DNA of 64,000 nucleotides from Pseudomonadota bacterium (GTDB lineage Bacteria; Bdellovibrionota; Bdellovibrionia; Bdellovibrionales; Bdellovibrionaceae): positions 32,001 through 96,000 of the forward strand of contig JBEGVH010000029.1 of the NCBI GenBank assembly GCA_041178425.1. The letters run 5' to 3'. A program made the position numbers and the translations under genes. The notes under the pieces were generated by a model that saw only the letters and a program-made list of their open reading frames with translations, searched no databases and was not told where the DNA came from. Positions 19,520 through 28,841 of the stretch are shown in pieces; position 1 is the stretch's first letter, and the number at the start of each line of letters is the position of its first letter.

Positions 19520-20300
19520 CTTTTACTCTCCTCAAAACATGATAAAGACGACCCGAAAGGACTGACCAATCGGCATTGAGTTGCTTATTGGTTTCGTTCA
19601 TGTAGAGCTCGCGATTCAATTCAACTTGTAGCACATGATGTTGAATCTGAGGACGACCGTAGTGCTCGGTTAATCGACCACCAAAGTAGGGCCAATTATA
19701 AGCCACAGAAAAACCCTCTTTTTCAAAAGCCTCAATAACCGCATCCTTAAAATAGGGTGCACAACTTTTACCTTTGGAATCACTAATCACGACATCTTTT
19801 CGGCGCTCCCCCGGATCTCGATGCTGAGCGGTCCCAACCGAAGGCATACTATGCAAGTCGAGATGATAAAGATCACCTTGAGAAAGGAGCTTTTGCGCAA
19901 GAGCCTGAACCTCTTTATGAAAAGGCGAGTAGACTCGATCGATCAAAGCTTGGTGCACCTCTCTACTTAAGGGAGAGTGAAGAATCTTTTCTCCTTGAGT
20001 ATTATAAACCCAATGAAAGCCTCGAGGAAAAGTTCCTGGTGGGTTATTGTTTCCTTGCACCGCTTCAGCATCAATATCCGTGGGCAAACGGTTTAAATCG
20101 GCCGCATAACGATGCCAAGAAGTCTTCACCGAAGGAATTTGGAGCTGAGCAAGACTCTCTTCATAGAGCTTATCGACAAAGCGATCAACATCTCCCATGA
20201 GGGTGACTTCATCTAATCCGATTAACCACTGAGCTTCTGGTGGAATAATCTCTCCCGAGTGAGGCAGTGTCGCCATCAACAAACAATCTCTTTTTGACAT
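19488..20300 (-). CDS. N-formylglutamate amidohydrolase family protein
   Basis: PHSG, D...D.LY, DLNR, Y.PFH, DLHSMPS, N.PY.GG, QVELNRELY. Confidence 0.9.
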   Translation of the reverse strand: MSKRDCLLMATLPHSGEIIPPEAQWLIGLDEVTLMGDVDRFVDKLYEESLAQLQIPSVKTSWHRYAADLNRLPTDIDAEAVQGNNNPPGTFPRGFHWVYNTQGEKILHSPLSREVHQALIDRVYSPFHKEVQALAQKLLSQGDLYHLDLHSMPSVGTAQHRDPGERRKDVVISDSKGKSCAPYFKDAVIEAFEKEGFSVAYNWPYFGGRLTEHYGRPQIQHHVLQVELNRELYMNETNKQLNADWSVLSGRLYHVLRRVKDAAANQFAGV

Positions 20301-20474
20301 TTAAACCTCCCTCTTTATTGATGCTGCCAAAGCCCCCAATAGAAAACAAGAACTCTTCGATGAGAGTCCTTGTTCCGATAGGAAGGAGCACCGGGCCTAA
20401 CTTCTTTTGCTGCAATAGATCTTAGAGGCAAAGGATTGAAATTATACTTGATTTATCACTCAAAAGCTCTTCCA

Positions 20475-21275
20475 ATGGCCGCGATGATGTTATTTCACTT
20501 ACTTGTTAGCTTTGCCCTCGCTCATTCACCGCTTTCAGCAGTGAGAGACCCACAAAAGGATTACAGAACTTATTTAAGACATACGATCTCTCGCGGAGCT
20601 TCTACGGGGGAAACGGTCTTAGACCGTGCTGAGGATTTAAATACAAATCCTTGGCTAAAACTACGCCCTACCAATTATAACCAAAATAAATTGCAACTAC
20701 TGTTTAACCACTTGAGAGATCATCGTCCCACCACCGACAAAGAGAATCGATCGCGTCGCCTTCCTTGGCTCTACCCAGACGATGGTTGCTATGCGAAAAG
20801 TGCTATGATGCAATCCCGTATAAAAGCAGGAGGCCAGGAGGGCTTTCACCAGATCTTTCTTTTTGGTAACTTATTCGCCGCCACGCCTAATCATCCAGCT
20901 AAGCAGGTTTCTTGGTGGTACCATGTAGCACCCATCGTGAGAACGACCGAGGGTGTCTTCGTTTTAGACCCTACACTTGATCCTCTGCAGCCACTTAAAG
21001 TAGAACATTGGATTAGCCGCATGATCCATTTTACTCAAGAGGCTAAAGTCAGTCTTTGCGAACCTGCCAGCTTTACCCCCGAAAGTGAATGCTTCTCAAA
21101 GGGGCCGATCGACGTTCCCGGTGCTACCGAAGAGATAAGAGAGGTTTATTTTGATCTCGAGTGGGAACGTATTCACCACCTAGGGAGAAATCCAGAACAA
21201 GAACTCGGGCCACTGAGGGCAAAGAGCCACAGCAACTTTTTTAACTCACGAACTATAACAAAGGAGTCACTATGA
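20475..21275 (+). CDS. secreted protein-glutamine glutaminase family protein
   Basis: DGCYA (Cys), WWYHVAP (His), VLDP (Asp) triad pattern; signal peptide. Start uncertain. Confidence 0.8.
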   Translation: MAAMMLFHLLVSFALAHSPLSAVRDPQKDYRTYLRHTISRGASTGETVLDRAEDLNTNPWLKLRPTNYNQNKLQLLFNHLRDHRPTTDKENRSRRLPWLYPDDGCYAKSAMMQSRIKAGGQEGFHQIFLFGNLFAATPNHPAKQVSWWYHVAPIVRTTEGVFVLDPTLDPLQPLKVEHWISRMIHFTQEAKVSLCEPASFTPESECFSKGPIDVPGATEEIREVYFDLEWERIHHLGRNPEQELGPLRAKSHSNFFNSRTITKESL

Positions 21276-21889
21276 TAAAAATTTACGGTTCCCCCAAATC
21301 AAGTGCTGGTCGCGTTTATTGGATGATGGAAGAACTCGGGCTCTCTTATGAACGAGCCCCCCTCAATATGTCGCAAAAAGAGCATAAAGCTCCAGATTTT
21401 TTGAAACTCAACCCCAATGGCAAAGTACCCTGCCTCGTCGATGGCACCTTTGTTTTGTGGGAGAGCATGGCGATCACCGAATACCTTGTGCAAAAGTATG
21501 GTGCCAATTCCTCTTTGGCCGCAAAAACACCTGAAGAAACAGGGCTCATCTCGCAATGGAGCTTTTGGTCGATCCTTGAGTTACAAAAGCATGCCGTCGA
21601 GTGGCTCATTCAAGAGCACTTTATGCCGGCCGAAAGAAAAGATGCCGGCGTGGTGGAAAAAGCTCAGAAAGCTCTGCTTCCATTGTTCGCGATTTTGGAC
21701 CAAGCCTTAGAAAATAAAACTTATTTGATTGGCAACCGCTTTACCATTGCTGATCTTCATGTGGCATCGGTTGTTAATGTTGCCGCAGGACTTGGCTTTA
21801 ATGTCGCTAGCTTTCCCCATGTTCAAACTTGGATCAAGGCCTGTCATGATCGACCGGCATGGCACCGCTACAACTCATTGCCACTCTAA
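21272..21889 (+). CDS. glutathione S-transferase
   Basis: LNPNGKVP, LWESMAI, YLIGNRFTIADL. Confidence 0.93.
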   Translation: MIKIYGSPKSSAGRVYWMMEELGLSYERAPLNMSQKEHKAPDFLKLNPNGKVPCLVDGTFVLWESMAITEYLVQKYGANSSLAAKTPEETGLISQWSFWSILELQKHAVEWLIQEHFMPAERKDAGVVEKAQKALLPLFAILDQALENKTYLIGNRFTIADLHVASVVNVAAGLGFNVASFPHVQTWIKACHDRPAWHRYNSLPL

Positions 21890-21892
21890 TCA

Positions 21893-22624
21893 ATGAAGAT
21901 TATTTCCCTCGTTCCCTCCTGGACTGAAACGCTCGTTCGATCAGGCATCAGTCCCGTAGGTAGAACTCGCTTTTGCATTCACCCCTTACCAAACGTTTCA
22001 GCGATTCCCGTTGTTGGCGGTACGAAGAATGTGTCTTGGGAGAAGGCTCTCTTGCTCAAGCCCGATCTCGTGATTATGGATAAAGAAGAAAACACTTTAT
22101 CCATGGCGCAGAACTGCCCCGTCCCGTTGATTGCCACCCATGTGACTGACTGGCTCACTATGATCGACGGCCTGAGACTCATTAATGAGAATCTTCCCTC
22201 GAAAAACTTAAATTCTCTCATTGATCGAGCTGAAGACTTGAGGAAGGCACCACAGCTCCAATGGGACCCAAACAATATTCCAGGTTTCAAGGCTTGGATT
22301 CAAAAGCCTCCAACGATTTTACAAAAAGTTTCCTACCTTATTTGGAAAAACCCGTGGATGGTGATTCAACCGAAAACTTTTATTGCAGATATGCTCACGC
22401 GACTTGGCGCCGAAATTCTTACCTTGAGCGAAGACAAATATCTCGAGGTGTCGATGGATCAAATCAAAGAGTCACTGCTCTTATTTTCGAGCGAGCCCTT
22501 TCCATTTTTACAACAAATTGATGAACTAAAAAAAGAAGGTCTTCACGGCGCCCTCATTGATGGAGAACCGTTTAGTTGGTATGGCATAAGAGCGATTGAA
22601 TTTCTAGAACAACAGCAACCTTAG
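21893..22624 (+). CDS. helical-backbone metal-receptor (BtuF-like) protein
   Basis: IISLVPSWTE, GRTRFCIHP, VGGTKN, SSEPFPF, DGE.FSWYG. Confidence 0.85.
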   Translation: MKIISLVPSWTETLVRSGISPVGRTRFCIHPLPNVSAIPVVGGTKNVSWEKALLLKPDLVIMDKEENTLSMAQNCPVPLIATHVTDWLTMIDGLRLINENLPSKNLNSLIDRAEDLRKAPQLQWDPNNIPGFKAWIQKPPTILQKVSYLIWKNPWMVIQPKTFIADMLTRLGAEILTLSEDKYLEVSMDQIKESLLLFSSEPFPFLQQIDELKKEGLHGALIDGEPFSWYGIRAIEFLEQQQP

Positions 22625-22668
22625 GTTTTCATTTTATTGAGATAACTCCTTTTACGGAGAGACCGCTG

Positions 22669-23028
22669 CTATTCGACATTAATAAACGTGTATCTTTGGC
22701 CACAACTCGTGCAAGAGAATGGATTTTCAGGGCTGAATAAATCTGGAAACACTAATTGTTTATTACAAACCATACACAAGTACTCTTTTGTAAGAATGAT
22801 TCTCTGTGTGACCTTGAACGCCTTGAATCCAAAAATGAAAGCTACTAATAAAAAGCTCGGCACCAAAACAAAATGAAAGACCGGTATAAAAACCGATCCA
22901 ATCGCCAACCCAAACCAAAACCCCCACTTTTTGAGAGCAAAGGCCAATCGTTCGCGCTGAGACAATTCGATGAGCGTCGACTCAAGGTTTATGAATTTAT
23001 CTGCATCATTTGATAGTACCATTTTCAT
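22669..23028 (-). CDS. hypothetical membrane protein with C-terminal Zn-ribbon-like CxxC...CxxC
   Basis: Two TMs (IPVFHFVLVP), then CMVC and CTSC. Confidence 0.7.
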   Translation of the reverse strand: MKMVLSNDADKFINLESTLIELSQRERLAFALKKWGFWFGLAIGSVFIPVFHFVLVPSFLLVAFIFGFKAFKVTQRIILTKEYLCMVCNKQLVFPDLFSPENPFSCTSCGQRYTFINVE

Positions 23029-23097
23029 TTTTAAATCCCTCGTTACAGACTATTGATCCAATTCGATTCACTTCAGGACTACGTCCAACAAACTTAT

Positions 23098-23742
23098 CTA
23101 TCTAACTAAACCTCGTTCAATTAAAACGTCATTATTTTGATAACTTTTAAGCTCGGTGAGAATGGACTCTCGCTCTTCAAAAGAAAGACACTGATAAAAG
23201 CTTCCTGACTCTGTCACTGACTTTAGAATTGCAATAGCTCTCAATTGATCCTCAGGTTTTTTACGACTAACATAGCATTGCGCTACTTTTCTCAGAGACT
23301 GACTTATCCCAACTAGAGGCGGACAACGCAATGATTCGGTTGAATCATAGGCTCTTTTACCCAGGGACGGAGCCAAAAGCGGTTTCATTTCCGCAGGAAA
23401 ACAAGTCGGCCCATAATTGAATTGGTCACTCCCCTGCCCTCTTTCTGAGGCAGGAACACTCACTTGCAGCGCAATTGCAGGGGCACACAAAATGATGGAA
23501 GCCGTAATCCCCGCGGTCACATCCCATAAAATCTGAGCCGTATAGGCCGCTCCCGTAAAAGAATATGAAACCAAATATCCTGCGCCTTGCTGACTCACTT
23601 GCGCAACTTTGTAGAACTTCTGATTTTCGGGGATTTCAAGGAGGGCTTGATCGCAATCCTTCCTTATGAGGGCATTATCAAATTTTTGTTGATGACTGCA
23701 AGAACATATACAGACCAAAAATAACGTGAGAGCTTTTTTCAT
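23098..23742 (-). CDS. hypothetical Cys-rich lipoprotein
   Basis: Lipobox-like ICSC; 214-aa ORF. Confidence 0.65.
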   Translation of the reverse strand: MKKALTLFLVCICSCSHQQKFDNALIRKDCDQALLEIPENQKFYKVAQVSQQGAGYLVSYSFTGAAYTAQILWDVTAGITASIILCAPAIALQVSVPASERGQGSDQFNYGPTCFPAEMKPLLAPSLGKRAYDSTESLRCPPLVGISQSLRKVAQCYVSRKKPEDQLRAIAILKSVTESGSFYQCLSFEERESILTELKSYQNNDVLIERGLVR

Positions 23743-23804
23743 AGACTAGCCCCTTGATCAAATTGGATGAAACCTTTCCCGACGCAATCCTCTCGAGAGC
23801 CTTT

Positions 23805-24893
23805 CTACCAGCTCGCCCTATTTAATATAGAAGCCTCGGGAGATAGACGCCCATCGGGATTCACAAGATCCAAACTCAAACCCCAACGATAAGCAAAATA
23901 CATCGCCGCGTGAACTGGTACTTTCTTTTGATACGAATCCACTTTTCGAAGAAAGGCTTTCATTTGATTCGCACGCTTGGAACTTCTTTCGAAGCCCCAC
24001 TCTGTAATCCACAAAGGCGTTGCTTTGCCAAAGAGTTTGATACAGGAATCTAAAATTGGAAGTTCCGACGGCGAAGGAGCTCCTTGTGTGAGCCCCGGAT
24101 AGATATGAATTGCAACCCCTTGAGTTTGAGCGAGGTAATTGACTCCATCGAGGTTTTTCAGATCGGCAATAAATTTGAGGGCGTTATTAAAATGATATCC
24201 CTTCCATGCAGCCGAGGGAATGTTAGCAGGAGCAAAGGGCAAGATGATAGCCTGCGGAAAATAATTCTTAACCACCTCGATCGTCGTGGTGAGGTAGCGC
24301 GCATAGGCCACCTGAGCGAATTTTACCTCCGATTTAGTGGCCACCCGGCCCCAAGGGACATCCGCGTTAAAACAAACGGTATCAAGCTCATTACCCACCT
24401 CGATCCCATCAATTTGTTGATTGGCAGATCTAAGAGCATCGAAGTACCTAGTGAGTCGCTCTCTGTATTTTACTAAGTTCAGTTGACTAAGGGGTCCGAT
24501 ATGCCCTGGCCATCCGCAGAACTTTTCCCAGTCCGGGCCATCGTAGGTTCTAGCGACCTCTGGCGAATCAAAGTCTTCGTCTTCCATCATTGTGACGGCC
24601 ATCAATTTCATTCCCGCTCGATGGGCCTGAGTGACGGCTTCAACAAAATTAGAAATTTGAGAGGAATTATGTATGACCTCTCGATACCAACTGGTTCCCA
24701 AGGATCCCATTTGATCGGGGGCAAATATTCTCCGAATCTCTTCAATGGGAGTCCAATCGAGATTACTCTGAATTCCGGTTGGCGTTTTTACTGCAACAAC
24801 CTCTGGCCCCTCGGGGCTTTGACCTGCAATGGCTGAACTACCTATAAAAGCTCCAACACAACAACATACACTTAACAACCATTGAATCTTCAT
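23805..24893 (-). CDS. secreted clan-A glycoside hydrolase-like protein
   Basis: Signal peptide; IEVGNE (acid/base), AIHIY, WITEWG (nucleophile). Confidence 0.75.
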   Translation of the reverse strand: MKIQWLLSVCCCVGAFIGSSAIAGQSPEGPEVVAVKTPTGIQSNLDWTPIEEIRRIFAPDQMGSLGTSWYREVIHNSSQISNFVEAVTQAHRAGMKLMAVTMMEDEDFDSPEVARTYDGPDWEKFCGWPGHIGPLSQLNLVKYRERLTRYFDALRSANQQIDGIEVGNELDTVCFNADVPWGRVATKSEVKFAQVAYARYLTTTIEVVKNYFPQAIILPFAPANIPSAAWKGYHFNNALKFIADLKNLDGVNYLAQTQGVAIHIYPGLTQGAPSPSELPILDSCIKLFGKATPLWITEWGFERSSKRANQMKAFLRKVDSYQKKVPVHAAMYFAYRWGLSLDLVNPDGRLSPEASILNRASW

Positions 24894-25045
24894 CCTTCTC
24901 TCCCCCACCGATATGATCATGATAGTGAGTAAGTATTAAGCAAAATAAAAGGTGTTTAGTTATTGGAAAACCATCCCAAGGTCGGTCGAAAGAACAATTT
25001 TAGATCTCATCTATTTGTGATATCACTATCAATGGGGGCGAACAG

Positions 25046-25609
25046 ATGTTTTGGAATTCAATAAAAACACTTTATTCAAAAATAGCCTTTTTTCTGGCTA
25101 TTGGTTCTTTAATATGGTCAATCACCCTAAGCCAACCAACTTTGATGTATTGGAGTATGTATTCACATCGGGATCAATACAAGAGAGAGATCTTCATTGT
25201 GAATTCCTCCTACTGTCATTATTCCGCCAGCAGAGGTAAATCGATGGGGAGTTTTACCATTTCTGCCCATGGACTCATCGAGAACAAAGAAATGGTAATG
25301 GATTTAGAGCCTTATTTCGACGGTGAAAAAAACTGTGCGAACGTTAACAACAGACTGACTTCAGAATTCAAGGTGGGAACAGCTCTTGATGTGCTTTATA
25401 TCTCAACTATTGAGGCAGGATGGGCCGGGCGCCCACCCTCCATTGTCCCTTTCAGGGAAGACTTTAAAAAACACACGCTAGATTTGTTAAAAACATATAT
25501 TTTATTAGCCTATCTTCCGCTTCTTGTTTTCGGTTTACCCTATTTTTTCAAAATGGCAGGCCTGGTGATTACTGTTCTGAAGGCCATGATCACTGGAAAA
25601 ATAAGGTAA
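25046..25609 (+). CDS. hypothetical membrane protein
   Basis: TM - soluble domain - TM topology; AT-rich. Confidence 0.6.
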   Translation: MFWNSIKTLYSKIAFFLAIGSLIWSITLSQPTLMYWSMYSHRDQYKREIFIVNSSYCHYSASRGKSMGSFTISAHGLIENKEMVMDLEPYFDGEKNCANVNNRLTSEFKVGTALDVLYISTIEAGWAGRPPSIVPFREDFKKHTLDLLKTYILLAYLPLLVFGLPYFFKMAGLVITVLKAMITGKIR

Positions 25610-25696
25610 TCAAAGCCTGAGAGTTTAAATCACAGCCTTATTTTGATTCAAAATGAGAATCCAACCGGACTCCTATAACTTCCTTTTGAAAAACTA

Positions 25697-25734
25697 TCTA
25701 ACCCCTGTATATACTCGTATATACAGGGGTTAGA
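25697..25734. promoter_or_regulatory. perfect 18-bp-arm palindrome, putative TA-type operator
   Basis: tctaacccctgtatatac-tc-gtatatacaggggttaga, just upstream of the 25758 RBS. Confidence 0.65.
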
Positions 25735-25757
25735 GTGACTTATCCTAAGGGAGATTT

Positions 25758-25955
25758 ATGAGGATCTCCCCCGATATTTTGATAACAAAAGATGTATCAC
25801 AACTTGAAACAGTAACCATCAAGGTTGGCAAGAGAAGGATCTCACTGGTAAGTCTTCAAGAGCTCTTGCGTATAAAACAAGAGGCCGGCAGACCCCAGGA
25901 TTTAGTAGATATAAAAAATATAGAGATAAAATTAAATGAAAACCAAAAAGCGTAA
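25758..25955 (+). pseudogene. internally deleted nucleotidyltransferase-like protein (C-terminal part only)
   Basis: LVSLQELLRIKQEAGRPQDLVDI is the typical C-terminal K..AGR.QD..D motif; the N-terminal GG/DxD catalytic part is absent. Confidence 0.6.
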
Positions 25956-26130
25956 GTCTCAAAAGAAAAGGACTCGGAAGCTAAAAACGCATTCACCATC
26001 AACCTTCCGAGGAGTTACTCCCGAAGAAGCTCTGCGCTTTTTAGAAGACATATGAACCCTTCAGAGTGATATTGATGAGCCAACAGTCTCAATAAGCTTA
26101 AGAGTTCCCGGTAATATCTTGCGCGCCTAA
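25936..26130 (+). pseudogene. disrupted CopG/BrnA-like (ribbon-helix-helix) antitoxin
   Basis: Manual translation: MKTKKRK...TPEEALRFLEDI*TLQSDIDEPTVSISLRVPGNILRA*. In-frame TGA at 26053; ends inside the RHH motif. Confidence 0.65.
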
Positions 26131-26181
26131 AACTCTAGAGGAACGATGAACTGGGTATCACCAGCCTGCTATCACTGATTC

Positions 26182-26870
26182 TTATCGCTGTCCATCCGCA
26201 CTGTTGCTGGGATGGGTATCATCGGAAGGATAACCATCCGTTTTATTGATGAGGGATTCCAAGCTGGGTTGAATTTTCGCAGCCCAATCGATGGCTTGGT
26301 TTTTTGGATAATGGATACCGTCGGCTCTTTTTGAGGTCGATGGGTAACGGGTGTAGTGGGTGCTATCGATAAACTTGCAGTTAGATTTTTCAATTAAAAC
26401 CTTCATCTGCTGAACTCCCGATGGAAGATTTGATCGAAAGGGATCTTTGACTAAATCAGGAGGACCAATCCAGATACAACGGCTTCGATTTTCGATAGTT
26501 TTCTTGAGCATGGCCTCTACGAATTTGAGCTCTTTTTTTATATTACTCGGGCTTGAGAGTATATTCGTTCCCAAAGCGATAATCGTAATATCTGGTTGAG
26601 CATCACTCAGGGCTTCAGCAAATGAAGGCGTGATTTGTTTCTGGGCGGAAGTGATTTTACCTTCTGAATTTTTTTTCCAAAATCCACAGTTGGTCTGTTG
26701 AAATTTGGAGCCAGTCTGGGTCCAATTGGAAGGAGAGGATCCACAACTACCTATCGACGTCACTTTGTGGCTGAACTTTCGCAAATCCCGTGGACACACT
26801 CAACACAAGAACCAGGAATGACAATACGGATACGATCACACTACCTACCCTGTTTTTATTAGATCCATTT
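26182..26870 (-). pseudogene. SGNH/GDSL-like hydrolase split by deletion/frameshift
   Basis: Signal peptide lies in the 26747..26950 frame; IIALGTN, CIWIGPP and DGIHY lie in the 26182..26799 frame; GDS block I missing. Confidence 0.6.
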
Positions 26871-27113
26871 TTCTCAGGGCTCGTCACTTTTATTCTCATT
26901 AAATTGAAATTGCGCAAGAAACCGAACACATTTATTCGCAGATGAATCACGAATCGAGGAGCGCTATATTCTGACCTCTTTATTTTTGGTGTAATCCACC
27001 ACTGAACGAAAAAAAACCTAGCTTAAAGGTATTGGTGCAGCCAACTTGAGGAGTTTCGAACTGCGTGCGTCAATTGGAGCTTCAAATCTCGAAACGAATC
27101 AATTAGTAAATGC

Positions 27114-27133
27114 AGTTGACTATATAGTCAACT
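27114..27133. promoter_or_regulatory. perfect 20-bp palindrome, putative MarR operator
   Basis: agttgactatatagtcaact, within two GTMAA-N5-TTGAC units upstream of the hydrolase-marR pair. Confidence 0.7.
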
Positions 27134-27166
27134 TGATTGACCATTCAGCTCGGAGGTATTTTAATT

Positions 27167-27976
27167 ATGCCATCATCGCAACTAAGTTTTATGTCCAGAG
27201 GAAATGGTCAAAATATTGTATTTTCTCATGGGACCCCAACTTATTCAGGCGAATACATTAGCGTTGTTAAAAGGCTTGAGTCTAAATATAAATTTATTCT
27301 TGTCGACCACTTGGGCTTTGGAAACTCACCAAAGCCCAAACAAGCGGACTACTCAATTGAAGCACATCAACAACGATTCAAGGCTTCTTTGATTGAAAAT
27401 AAAATTAAATCATTTCACTTGGTTGTTCATGACTTTGGGGGAGTCATTGCTTTACCACTCCTCCTCGATTCCGACTTTGAGGTTTTAAGTTTAACGATTT
27501 TAAATTCATGGTACTGGTCACTTATTGAAACTGAGCCGCAAATGAAAGCTCAAAGTGTCTTTGTAAAACTAGGAATACTTCCCTTTCTTTATCGTTACTT
27601 CAATTTTAGTCCAAAGGTTCTACTGAAAATAGCTTGGGGATCTCATTCGCCATTAACAAAAGAGAGGCACGATCACTATTCTGGAATGTTTCCGACGCAC
27701 AATGAAAGATCTGGAACAATTGGCTTTCTTAATGCTCTTTTTGATTTTGAAAATTCTGTTTGGAAGAAAGCCGAGACCCTGAAAAGCATTAATGTTCCCG
27801 TTCAAATAATTTGGGGCAAAGCGGATAAACTTATTTCGATCAGAAATCTAGAAAGATGGAAGACGATTTTTCCAGATGCAAAAGTCGTTGCCTTAGAAAA
27901 GGTTGGACATTTTGTAGCTGAAGAAGCTCCTGAGATTTTTACAGATGAACTCGATTCATTTTTGAGAAACAAATGA
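27167..27976 (+). CDS. alpha/beta hydrolase, haloalkane-dehalogenase-like
   Basis: HGTPT, DHLGFG.S, VVHDFGG (Asp nucleophile), GHFVAEE; GGAGG RBS. Confidence 0.88.
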   Translation: MPSSQLSFMSRGNGQNIVFSHGTPTYSGEYISVVKRLESKYKFILVDHLGFGNSPKPKQADYSIEAHQQRFKASLIENKIKSFHLVVHDFGGVIALPLLLDSDFEVLSLTILNSWYWSLIETEPQMKAQSVFVKLGILPFLYRYFNFSPKVLLKIAWGSHSPLTKERHDHYSGMFPTHNERSGTIGFLNALFDFENSVWKKAETLKSINVPVQIIWGKADKLISIRNLERWKTIFPDAKVVALEKVGHFVAEEAPEIFTDELDSFLRNK

Positions 27977-28467
27977 ATCCTAAAAAAAGTCGCATATCCA
28001 TTCAGAAATTGCGGATTCACCCCCAAGAACTTGACAGCAACCAACCGCTCGCTCGGTTCATGATAACATTGTTCAATCTATTCGAAGATGAAATCATTCT
28101 CAAAATACAAAACACGAACTACAAGGATGTTACAAGAACTGATTTAAACACTTTGCGATACATAGGACATGGGGGAGAAACTTCATCACAGCTTGCAAAT
28201 TTCGCAGGAGTTTCTAAGCAAGCAATGAGCAAGCAAATAGAAAGCCTTTCTCGCAGAGGCTATGTGAAAGCTATTCAAGATAAAAGTGATGCTCGGATTT
28301 TTAAAATTTCTTTTACCCAAAAAGGTAGCGACCTAGTCCTTTTCCTAGTTAAAGAAATAAAGGTGATTGAGCTTAGATTTCAACGGAAAGTTGGTAGATC
28401 TGTCTTTGACAAAATGAAAATAGACCTGCAGTCACTTATCAATCTTTATGGTGAATCAAAGTCGTAA
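27973..28467 (+). CDS. MarR-family transcriptional regulator
   Basis: SQLANFAGVSKQAMSKQIESL..RGYV...D.SDAR...I.FT.KG; ATGA overlap. Confidence 0.9.
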   Translation: MNPKKSRISIQKLRIHPQELDSNQPLARFMITLFNLFEDEIILKIQNTNYKDVTRTDLNTLRYIGHGGETSSQLANFAGVSKQAMSKQIESLSRRGYVKAIQDKSDARIFKISFTQKGSDLVLFLVKEIKVIELRFQRKVGRSVFDKMKIDLQSLINLYGESKS

Positions 28468-28569
28468 ATTAAATAGATGAAACGAGCCTACAGGCAGCGG
28501 TAAGCCTTGGATCGAGACATCCGCTCGGGGGATGTCTATTAAATCATTGGATTGTCTTAGATTTAAAAT

Positions 28570-28661
28570 TGGTGCCCCGGGCCGGACTTGAACCGGCACG
28601 CCCGTGTTAACGAAGCCCAGGATTTTAAGTCCTGTGCGTCTACCAATTTCGCCACCGGGGC
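28570..28661 (-). tRNA. tRNA-Leu (TAA)
   Basis: gccccggtggcgaaattggtagacgcacaggacTTAAaatcctg...ggttcaagtccggcccggggcacca; long variable arm, encoded CCA. Confidence 0.97.
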
Positions 28662-28841
28662 ATTTCTAGATGGTGAACTTTTATTAGATGTAGCAAGATG
28701 ACTCCAAAGTCTACTAGGAAGATAAGGTTTTATAAAATTTCTCGGCGCATTAAATGGAGAAATTCAGGAGTAGATACGTTGAATTAGACAAATAGCTTCA
28801 GATAGTGTGAAGAGCGAACTTCGGACAACATAGGAGTTTTT

